In this document: in pieces, positions 8,207 through 15,384 of the stretch
How positions within the stretch are numbered: the first letter of the stretch is position 1
Layout: each line of letters opens with the position of its first letter
From: a virus
Taxonomy: Duplodnaviria; Caudoviricetes
IMG/VR virus record: IMGVR_UViG_3300005512_000277
Span: 1 to 27,016 of that record
DNA: 27,016 nt
Strand: one strand, 5' to 3'
Position numbers and translations under genes: made by a program
Notes under the pieces: model-generated
The model's database searches: none
What the model saw: the letters and a program-made list of their open reading frames with translations, nothing else
Told to the model about the DNA's origin: nothing

Positions 8207-8269
8207 GTTATACCCCTTGGAATAAAGCCCGTCAAATCGCTTTACAGGGCGTCCTAGAGGGGTTAAATT
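8207..8269. promoter_or_regulatory. Back-to-back sigma70-type promoters
   Basis: Plus strand: TTTACA 8241-8246, 17 bp, TAAATT 8264-8269. Minus strand: TTGACG, 17 bp, TATAAC. Confidence 0.6.
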
Positions 8270-8273
8270 GAAT

Positions 8274-8700
8274 GCGTCGGTGGGGCTAGCAACCCCTGAA
8301 GAACCGACGGGAAAAGGATTGGAATCGTTCACCCGACGCGGTGAACACTATAACGCCACTACCAGTAGCGTTCAATCCCTAAAACCCGTCTATATCTTGT
8401 GCCGACTGGGACTGCTCCCCACAAGATGTGCTGTCGCATCGCGCAGCCAGCAGCAAAGCGAGATGTTAGTTCAGGACCTTTGAGGACGGGAATAAACAGC
8501 GTACAGGTGCCGCGAAAGCGTGGGGGCGGTGTTACGAGCCGCAGGTAAATCGTTGCTGATGACGCTGAACTAACGGGAAATTGCAGGTAGACCTAGCATG
8601 GGGGCACCAATAGTCCTCAAAAGACACTTATTGCCTAAGAAAAGAGGGTAGCCGGGGCCTTATAGCAAAACGGTATTTTAAGACCGCCCGTCCTGGCTCT
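8274..8700 (+). ncRNA. Putative large structured RNA or structured leader/origin upstream of the helicase
   Basis: No credible ORF; more than ten complementary segment pairs, some crossing (see findings). Begins at the predicted start of the + promoter. Confidence 0.55.
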
Positions 8701-8728
8701 AAGATTAAGGTTCGACAGAGGAGGCGTT

Positions 8729-10201
8729 ATGCAGTTACGACCACACCAGGAACAAGCAGTTGAGATGCTCCGAGACAGTTTGCGGAGAGGCAAGACCCGC
8801 CCCATCCTTGCGGCCCCCTGTTCCTTCGGTAAGACCATTACTGCGGCCTACTTACTTTCTGAGGCAGCGAAGAAGGGCAAGCGCGGTATCTTTATCTGTG
8901 ACCGCGTAAAACTGGTTCAGCAGGCTCTAGACGCCTTCGACCGTGAGGGGTTAGAGGTAGGGGTCATGCAGGGACAGCATGAGAGACAGGACTATCGCGC
9001 TCCCATCCAGATCGCGTCGATTCAGACCATCGCTCGACGTAAGCATCTGCCTGAATTTGACTTCGCCATCGTTGACGAATGCCACGTTCACTACAAGACG
9101 ACGCAATACATGATGGAGCGATATACGGCGGTCCCTTTCATCGGGCTGACGGCGACCCCGTATAGCAAGGGGCTGGGCCTGGCTTATAACGACCTGGTCT
9201 GCCCCATAACCCCTACGGAATTGCTCGAAGGGAAATACCTTACCCCTGTCACCTACTACGGCGGCGCCTCAGTTGATGTATCTAATATCAAAGGACGGGC
9301 GCTAAAGACTGGCGGGTCCGACTATGACCCTCTTGCTCTAGGGAGGGCTACGGAGGATGACCAGACCCTGGTTGGAGACATCATTTCAAACTGGCTGAAG
9401 CACGCTAGCGGACGGCAGACGATTGCCTTTTCTCCCTCGATCAAGCACTCAAGAGACATGGTGGATCAGTTCAATGCGGCTGGAATCCCCGCAGTCCATA
9501 TTGACGGCTACATGGACGACGAGGAGCGGCAAGTTATCTACCGCGCCCACGACGAGGGGGAGTTCCTGGTCCTCTCCTGCTCTCGATTGCTGAATGTTGG
9601 TTATGACGCGCCCAAAGTCTCATGCCTGATTGATTGCTTCCCCACGAAATCCATCATCGCCTACGTTCAGAGAGCGGGCAGGATCATGCGGACGGCGGAG
9701 GGCAAAGAGGACGCTATCTACCTGGACCACGCGGGGAACGTCGGACGGCACGGCTTCGCGGAGGACATCGAGCCGGAGGCTTTAGATACCTCGGAAAAGG
9801 GGTTCTCTGAGCGGAACCAGGTGAAGGAGAAGAAGGAGAAGAAGGCGCACGACTGCCCCCAGTGTTATCGGAAGTTTACGGGTATGCGATGCGTCTGCGG
9901 CTACACCCATCCCATCAAGGATCGGTTAGAGACTGATGGCAGCGAGCTTAAACGCCTCGAGCGTAAGAACCGGGGGCAGCTATCTTGTGGGGACTGGTAC
10001 GGACAACTAACCCTCTATGCCGACTACCAAGGCTACAAGAGGGGCTGGGCGGCTCATGTCTATAGGCAGAAGTTTGGGAAATGGCCTAACGGTGTTGCTC
10101 CTGAACGGGTGTCTGAGGTCTCCCCCGAAGTAATGGGGTTTATCAAGCATCAACAAATTAGGAGGGCAAATGCTCGCGGACGAATTGAAGTGGATGCTTA
10201 A
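8729..10201 (+). CDS. Superfamily II (DExH, ResIII-like) DNA helicase with C-terminal Zn finger
   Basis: LRPHQ, PCSFGKT, VDECH, GLTATP and YVQRAGR motifs; CPQC...CVCG. Confidence 0.92.
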   Translation: MQLRPHQEQAVEMLRDSLRRGKTRPILAAPCSFGKTITAAYLLSEAAKKGKRGIFICDRVKLVQQALDAFDREGLEVGVMQGQHERQDYRAPIQIASIQTIARRKHLPEFDFAIVDECHVHYKTTQYMMERYTAVPFIGLTATPYSKGLGLAYNDLVCPITPTELLEGKYLTPVTYYGGASVDVSNIKGRALKTGGSDYDPLALGRATEDDQTLVGDIISNWLKHASGRQTIAFSPSIKHSRDMVDQFNAAGIPAVHIDGYMDDEERQVIYRAHDEGEFLVLSCSRLLNVGYDAPKVSCLIDCFPTKSIIAYVQRAGRIMRTAEGKEDAIYLDHAGNVGRHGFAEDIEPEALDTSEKGFSERNQVKEKKEKKAHDCPQCYRKFTGMRCVCGYTHPIKDRLETDGSELKRLERKNRGQLSCGDWYGQLTLYADYQGYKRGWAAHVYRQKFGKWPNGVAPERVSEVSPEVMGFIKHQQIRRANARGRIEVDA

Positions 10202-10367
10202 GAAGGGCTGGACTGCCCAGTATCGGCATGAAACCTACCGGGAGCGGATTACCCGCTCGGTCTACGAATCGAAACTCAGAAGCAAAGTCACGCATGGAGA
10301 GGAAACGAATGATCTCTGGGGAGGGAGTCGAAATGCACAGCTTGGAGCGTGGAACGAAGAAGCGTAG
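10170..10367 (+). CDS. Hypothetical protein
   Basis: RBS ggaggg at 10161; overlaps the helicase end. Confidence 0.45.
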   Translation: MLADELKWMLKKGWTAQYRHETYRERITRSVYESKLRSKVTHGEETNDLWGGSRNAQLGAWNEEA

Positions 10368-10545
10368 GGCGCTAGAAATGTGGGAGGAGGAAATGCTTAC
10401 CGAAAGACAGGCAGCAGCCCTCTTGCGAGTTTTTGCCCAAATCAACGAATGGGAACATTTGAGGGGGGTAGAAAAGACCGCGTTTAGGCAAGGTGTGAAG
10501 AAGATCGCTAAAGCATGGGGAAACAGAAAAGATGCGCGTCCTTGA
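10309..10545 (+). CDS. Hypothetical protein (start uncertain)
   Basis: In-frame ATGs at 10309, 10333 and 10393 each have SD-like sequences; stop overlaps the methylase start. Confidence 0.5.
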   Translation: MISGEGVEMHSLERGTKKRRALEMWEEEMLTERQAAALLRVFAQINEWEHLRGVEKTAFRQGVKKIAKAWGNRKDARP

Positions 10546-11336
10546 CCTATTCAGCGGCATAGGCGGGTTCTCACTAGGTTTAGAGCGAGCCGGTATGGAG
10601 ACGGTAGCGTTCTGCGAGGTAGACGCATTCTGCCGTCAAGTCTTAGCCAAGCACTGGCCTAACGTAAGGATTCACGATGATGTCAGAACACTTGATGGAA
10701 ATGAGTACCGAGGAGCAGTTGACGTTGTTTGCGGAGGATTCCCCTGCCAGCCGTTCAGTGTTGCCGGGAAGCGAGCAGGCAAGGACGATGACCGTCACCT
10801 CTGGCCTGAGATGCTTAGAATCATTCGAGAGGTTCAGCCGCGTTACGTCATTGGCGAGAACGTTGCTGGGTTCGTCAACATGGAACTCGACAATTGCCTA
10901 TCTGACTTGGAAGCAATCGGTTACGCCTGCGGGGCGTTTGTTATTCCGGCTTGTGCCGTCGATGCCCAACACAGAAGGGATCGAGTCTGGATTCTTGCCA
11001 ACAGCAACAGCAACAGCGAACCAAGCCGCTCCGTCAATGATGAAGCACGCGGGTTGCAGACGACTAATGGGGGGGGGCAAAGTTCATGCCAACGCCAACA
11101 GCGCACTTGAGCAAGGAGGGAGGTTATCCAGCGGAGTACACGCGCAAGACGCCGACACTAACAGCGGAAGCCACGAAGGCGGACGGACTGCCCCCTGCCA
11201 GTGGAAGCCTGAACCCTCAGTGGGTCGAGTGGTTAATGGGGTTCCCCGAAGGATGGACCGACTTAAAGCCCTTGGAAACGCCGTAGTGCCGCAAGTGGTG
11301 GAGCAGATCGGACTAGCAATAATGGGGGAACAATGA
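10532..11336 (+). CDS. C5 cytosine DNA methyltransferase, alpha subunit (frameshifted at G9 tract 11069-11077)
   Basis: LDLFSGIGG, GGFPCQPFS, ENV and H.R.RVWI (motifs I-VIII) lie in ORF 10532-11110; motif X (RLKALGNAVVPQV) lies in the +1 frame ending at 11336. Deleting one G joins them into 267 aa. Confidence 0.85.
10677..11286 (+). CDS. Overlapping-frame beta subunit of the methyltransferase (same frameshift; start could be 10695 or 10701)
   Basis: QLTLFAEDSPAS...LPT.TA N-part, then MPTPTA...LNPQWVEWLMGFPEGWT (motif IX-like) in the +1 frame. Same arrangement as M.EcoHK31I alpha/beta. Confidence 0.7.
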
Positions 11337-11755
11337 TTGACGAGCTACTAGACAGGCTGGACAAGGTGAGAGCTAACGGCAAGAGCAAGTGGGTAGCCTG
11401 CTGCCCGGTACACGGGGATAAGAACCCCTCGATGAGCGTGGCGGAAAAAGACGGGCGCGTCCTATGCCATTGCTTCGCGTGCGGGGCTAACGGGCTAGAG
11501 GTAGCGAAGGCGCTCGGCCTGCCCCCATCGGTCCTGTTTGAGAAGCCTATAGAGCATGGCTATATACCGAAAAAAGTCTACGAAAAACTGGATATAGACA
11601 GGCTCGTTCTCGCCGGTTATGAGGAAATGAAGAAAGCAGGTAAGCCCTTGTCCTATAAGGACTTTAAGCGGGTAAAGCTGGCTAGGGCTAGGGTGGAGGA
11701 ATTAGAAAGCCGATTCTTAGAACAAAACAATATAAACAGAGCTGTTTACAGCTAG
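11333..11755 (+). CDS. Stand-alone CHC2 primase-type zinc-finger protein
   Basis: CCPVHGDKNPSMSV...CHCFACGA. Only 140 aa, with no Toprim domain. Confidence 0.8.
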   Translation: MIDELLDRLDKVRANGKSKWVACCPVHGDKNPSMSVAEKDGRVLCHCFACGANGLEVAKALGLPPSVLFEKPIEHGYIPKKVYEKLDIDRLVLAGYEEMKKAGKPLSYKDFKRVKLARARVEELESRFLEQNNINRAVYS

Positions 11756-11772
11756 CCAGAAATGATTAGAAT
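11733..11772 (+). promoter_or_regulatory. Putative sigma70 promoter overlapped by dyad TAAACAG-ag-CTGTTTA
   Basis: TTTACA 11745-11750, 16 bp, TAGAAT 11767-11772, upstream of RBS gagagagga. Confidence 0.55.
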
Positions 11773-11817
11773 GTATTCATGCCCTAACGCAAGGGCCTAA
11801 CGAGAGAGGATAAGAAA

Positions 11818-12027
11818 ATGGCAATAGCAACCAAAGCACAGCGAGCCATCATCAAGGCGGAGGCAGAGAGCCGGGATTGCCGCTATCGGATCACTCAGGA
11901 CGGCGAAGTGCATTTCCACGGCCAAATGCCCAACAGTATCGAATCCGGCTGGTGGATTTTTGAGCCAAGCGTTCAGGAGGCATTAGATAGCATTGCGGGT
12001 TATCCGCTAGAGGAGGACGCGGCATGA
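11818..12027 (+). CDS. Hypothetical protein
   Basis: Strong RBS; first gene of the small-ORF cluster. Confidence 0.65.
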   Translation: MAIATKAQRAIIKAEAESRDCRYRITQDGEVHFHGQMPNSIESGWWIFEPSVQEALDSIAGYPLEEDAA

Positions 12028-12191
12028 GCAGCTATATTTACGCTTACGGCTACCGCACTCACGAGGCGGCGGAGCTTGCCATCATTGATGAACTATCCGA
12101 GTCCTGCGTGAGCCGGTGCGAGAACCCGCGAGTTGTCGCGTACCGCACCAAAGGTGGCCGCAAGCTCTATTGCATCTTGCTTGACGCTTAA
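12024..12191 (+). CDS. Hypothetical protein (55 aa, MSSYIYAYGY...)
   Basis: Not in ORF track; RBS gaggagg, ATGA overlap. Confidence 0.6.
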   Translation: MSSYIYAYGYRTHEAAELAIIDELSESCVSRCENPRVVAYRTKGGRKLYCILLDA

Positions 12192-12200
12192 GGAGGCAGC

Positions 12201-12353
12201 ATGAGCCGTAAAGAGTACCTGAACCTTCTGCGCGCCCAGCCGACGCAGTTTTTGAAAAAGAGCGTAGCACGCCCGTCATTGTGGATGAGCAAAACCCACG
12301 TCCTTTTGCATTACATTGCTCTCAAGGAGCGCGGAGAGGCGCAAGAACAATGA
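12201..12353 (+). CDS. Hypothetical protein (50 aa, MSRKEYLNLL...)
   Basis: Not in ORF track; perfect RBS taaggagg. Confidence 0.65.
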   Translation: MSRKEYLNLLRAQPTQFLKKSVARPSLWMSKTHVLLHYIALKERGEAQEQ

Positions 12354-12529
12354 AAACACTGCTAGCAGCCACCATCGTCTTATTTATCCTGGGATGCGTA
12401 GGGGAGATGGACTACCAGGATGCGGTAGACGAAGCCGACCACTATACCGATATGGTCTGCAACGGCTACTGGCCCGACTATCAGCTGTTGAACCCGGACT
12501 GCGCGTTTAATGTGGAGGCGAAACAATGA
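12350..12529 (+). CDS. Small membrane-anchored or secreted protein
   Basis: MKTLLAATIVLFILGC signal-like N-terminus; start moved to ATG 12350 (ATGA overlap). Confidence 0.65.
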   Translation: MKTLLAATIVLFILGCVGEMDYQDAVDEADHYTDMVCNGYWPDYQLLNPDCAFNVEAKQ

Positions 12530-12651
12530 GATTCGGGTGCGTAATGATTAACTTCAATTACACCAACTGGCACGACTCCTTTGAGGAGGCCTTGGCCTTC
12601 GGTCTGAAATCCGGATTTCAGTTCACGATCATTGAGGAGGCGGTTAAATGA
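12526..12651 (+). CDS. Hypothetical protein (41 aa)
   Basis: Not in ORF track; RBS ggagg, ATGA overlaps at both ends. Confidence 0.55.
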   Translation: MRFGCVMINFNYTNWHDSFEEALAFGLKSGFQFTIIEEAVK

Positions 12652-12962
12652 GCAGGCACACGCCGGGAGAGTGGCGGGTTTATAACGGATGGGTACACCC
12701 GGGCTTTGACGGCCCGGGCCCTGAAACTACTAACGGTGACACGGCTATCTGCGAGCCACTCGGGCCAGACAAAGAGGCTAACGCTCACCTGATTGCAGCG
12801 GCGCCTGAGCTGTTGGAGGCGCTTAGATGGTACGCGGAGCAAGTTGAGGATTTGAACCGTAACACCTGGGCAGCCGAAAAAGCATTAGGGGTTTTGCGGG
12901 CAGATCGCGGCAAAAAGGCGCTGGCAGTCATCGCAAAAGCAAAGGGAGAGGAGCATGAATGA
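12648..12962 (+). CDS. Phage protein of the HTPG.W...ANA.LIAAAPELLEAL...IAKAKG family
   Basis: Recognisable motif set common among small early phage genes. Confidence 0.75.
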   Translation: MSRHTPGEWRVYNGWVHPGFDGPGPETTNGDTAICEPLGPDKEANAHLIAAAPELLEALRWYAEQVEDLNRNTWAAEKALGVLRADRGKKALAVIAKAKGEEHE

Positions 12963-13134
12963 ACAACCAAAACTGCGAGTCTCCGATGTTGGTGTGATCT
13001 CTGTGGATTCCAATGATCTGGCTCGCAGCAAAGCAGGCAGAAAACAAATCGAGGCGCTTGAACGCTTAACGAAAAACCGTCGAATTCCGCCGACATTTGC
13101 TTCAGCCGCGATTGCAATAGCAAAGGGAGAGTGA
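12955..13134 (+). CDS. Hypothetical protein (59 aa, MNEQPKLRV...AIAIAKGE)
   Basis: Not in ORF track; RBS ggagaggag. Confidence 0.55.
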   Translation: MNEQPKLRVSDVGVISVDSNDLARSKAGRKQIEALERLTKNRRIPPTFASAAIAIAKGE

Positions 13135-13137
13135 GTA

Positions 13138-13449
13138 ATGCGCGACTACGACGAGAACTACGAATGGTGGCAGGAGACTCGGGAAATGGTGACAGAGCAG
13201 GCTAAGTATCACGTTGAGGACTGGGTATGGAAGAACATAAACGACGCCGACTCAATGCAATATTTCTTTGAGACTATGGGCTTGGACCCCTTCGGGCTTG
13301 CTACGATCATGCTAGAGCATAAAAGCCATGCGGATCGGGTTAAGGCTATCCTCGATGAGTATGAGAAGGACGTAGAGGAGTTCCTAATCTGCTCCGATGC
13401 GTTCCACAAGAAGATGGAAGCCATGCGGATGGGCGACTATGACATTTAA
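13138..13449 (+). CDS. Hypothetical acidic protein
   Basis: 103 aa, RBS gggagag. Confidence 0.65.
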   Translation: MRDYDENYEWWQETREMVTEQAKYHVEDWVWKNINDADSMQYFFETMGLDPFGLATIMLEHKSHADRVKAILDEYEKDVEEFLICSDAFHKKMEAMRMGDYDI

Positions 13450-13639
13450 GATCGACGAGATCATTTGGGATGCCGAGGAGGGCAACCTTGGCGTAATGTA
13501 TGAAGGGGACCCCACCGACGAGCAGGCAGCGGTGGTCTCCGCCATGATGCAGGCCTTCTCCCGCCTAATCGTTAAGCAGCAGGAGGAGGCGGAAAAGATT
13601 ATGGCTAAATGGGAGGCGGCAGGGGAGATCAAGCATTGA
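13439..13639 (+). CDS. Hypothetical protein
   Basis: Start moved to ATG 13439 (MTFKIDEIIW...), giving a short overlap with the upstream gene. Confidence 0.55.
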   Translation: MTFKIDEIIWDAEEGNLGVMYEGDPTDEQAAVVSAMMQAFSRLIVKQQEEAEKIMAKWEAAGEIKH

Positions 13640-13794
13640 TACTCGCTAAGGACTTCAACTACCTATTAGGCAAGCAGGACGGCTACGCTCAGGCCCCCTT
13701 TAACGTCCATATAGGGGGCTCGTACGAGAAGGGATACAAGGAAGGGCAAAAACTGTATACTGATCAGCAGCGTAGGGGGCAGGGCCCCCGTTAG
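13636..13794 (+). CDS. Hypothetical protein
   Basis: TTG start overlapping the upstream TGA, RBS ggggag; Y..GY..G motifs. Confidence 0.45.
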   Translation: MILAKDFNYLLGKQDGYAQAPFNVHIGGSYEKGYKEGQKLYTDQQRRGQGPR

Positions 13795-13808
13795 AGCCGG
13801 GGGCTTAG

Positions 13809-14309
13809 ATGCTGAAGATCGAATATCGCAAGGCGGTAGACCTTACGCCGTATGAGAACAACAGTCGGACTCATAGTAAGGAACAGGTCGGTCAGATCGT
13901 AGAATCCATCAAGGAGTTTGGATTCACGAATCCAATCCTGATTGACGAAGATGGCGGGATTATCGCAGGCCACGGCAGGCTAGAAGCCGCTACCGCGCTC
14001 GGGATGGAAGAAGTCCCTACCATTACGCTAGAAGGGCTCTCAGAGGCCCAGAAGCGCGCCTACGTTATAGCTGATAACAAACTGGCTTTGAACGCTGGCT
14101 GGGATTTTGAGATGCTAAAACTTGAGTTTGAAGAGTTAAGCAATCTGAAGTTTGATTTTGAGCTTACAGGATTTGCGCAGTTTGAGCTTGCTAACATATT
14201 TGACGATGGTGTAAGGGAGGTGCAACAAAGCAAAACAAAAGAAATTGATGTTGACAGCTTTGATGCGGATCATCAGTGTCCAAAGTGTGGATTTGAATTT
14301 AATGATTAA
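13809..14309 (+). CDS. ParB/Srx-like N-terminal domain protein with C-terminal CxxC ribbon
   Basis: LTPYENNSRTH, SIKEFGFTNPILID, IIAGHGRLEAA and YVIADNKLA motifs; CPKCGFEF. Confidence 0.88.
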   Translation: MLKIEYRKAVDLTPYENNSRTHSKEQVGQIVESIKEFGFTNPILIDEDGGIIAGHGRLEAATALGMEEVPTITLEGLSEAQKRAYVIADNKLALNAGWDFEMLKLEFEELSNLKFDFELTGFAQFELANIFDDGVREVQQSKTKEIDVDSFDADHQCPKCGFEFND

Positions 14310-15384
14310 AAAACCTGATTGTGCCTGGAATCTATCAGACCTTAAATTAGTGCCTCAAAACGGATTTAAGGTAATGTCTACGTTTTCATGTGGTGGTGGG
14401 TCTACTATGGGTTATAAATTAGCAGGGTGTACTGTAATTGCTGCTAACGACATTGACCCTGAAATGGCATGGCATTACAAAGCAAACCATAATCCCAAGC
14501 ATTATTTTCTTTGTCCTATCGGTGAACTTATAACTGCTGACTTGCCGCAGGAATTATTTGAGCTTGATATTTTAGACGGATCACCACCTTGTAGCACGTT
14601 TAGTATGGCTGGAAGTCGCGAAAAAGCATGGGGTAAAGATAAACACTTTAGAGAAGGGCAGGCAAAGCAAGTATTGTCTGATTTGTTTTTTGACTATTTA
14701 GACTTAGTAGAAAGGTTAAAACCAAAAGTTGCTATTGCTGAAAATGTTAAAGGTATGCTTATTGGAAACGCAAAAGGCTATACTAAAATGATAATGCAGC
14801 GATTTAAAGAAATTGGTTACCGTGCTCAGGTGTTTCTTGTTAATGCTGCTGATTGCGGCGTTCCTCAGCGTAGGGAGCGTGTATTTTTTTGTGCGGTTAG
14901 AGATGATCTTAATTTGCCAGCACTTAAACTAAGTCCGCAGCATAGGTGGATAAGTGTCGCAGAGGCTACTGCTGACCTGCAGGTTTTAACAAAAGAAGAA
15001 ATTGAAGAAACAAAGCCCACCCTAAATGATTTGAAATGGTGGCCAAAAACTAAGCCCGGCTCTGATTATGGCGTTGCAGCATTAAGGGAAACAGGTAAGC
15101 CGACAGGATTTTCTACAAAAAAACTAAATGGAGATATTCCATCTAATACATTAACAGCGACTGATATGTTCAAGCATTGGCAAGAATGCCGAAAATTAAC
15201 TTTTAGAGAATGGAAACGCCTTGGCTCTTTTCCTGACGACTATCAGGCAAAAACAGATAGAATTGGAAAATATATGATAGGAATGAGTGTGCCGCCAAAG
15301 ATGACTGAGCAGGTAGCAAAAGCCGTTATACAGCAGTGGCTAGAACCTATATCAAAAAATATTGATATAGATAAGGTTGCCTAA
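14302..15384 (+). CDS. C5 cytosine DNA methyltransferase (single chain)
   Basis: STFSCGGGS, DGSPPCSTFS, ENVKG, GVPQRRERVFF, RLGSFPDDY and IGMSVPP motifs. Start moved to ATG 14302. Confidence 0.9.
   Translation: MIKKPDCAWNLSDLKLVPQNGFKVMSTFSCGGGSTMGYKLAGCTVIAANDIDPEMAWHYKANHNPKHYFLCPIGELITADLPQELFELDILDGSPPCSTFSMAGSREKAWGKDKHFREGQAKQVLSDLFFDYLDLVERLKPKVAIAENVKGMLIGNAKGYTKMIMQRFKEIGYRAQVFLVNAADCGVPQRRERVFFCAVRDDLNLPALKLSPQHRWISVAEATADLQVLTKEEIEETKPTLNDLKWWPKTKPGSDYGVAALRETGKPTGFSTKKLNGDIPSNTLTATDMFKHWQECRKLTFREWKRLGSFPDDYQAKTDRIGKYMIGMSVPPKMTEQVAKAVIQQWLEPISKNIDIDKVA

Noticed and set aside
8268-8483. 71-aa ORF (TTG start) in the structured region, plus ORFs 7961-8332 (-) and 8635-8838 (-)
   Set aside because: Weak starts and no protein motifs; they overlap promoter, terminator and dense stem structures that explain the sequence better.
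8430-8620. Group I intron-like words (atcgcgcagcc, gttcaggac, aaattgcagg, atagtcc)
   Set aside because: The P-like word lies after the Q- and R-like words, I could not build a canonical P7, and no interrupted gene flanks the region. A covariance search would settle it.
13783-13806. Hairpin gcccccg-N7-cgggggc before the ParB-like gene
   Set aside because: Only two T residues follow; not enough to call a terminator, and no other support.
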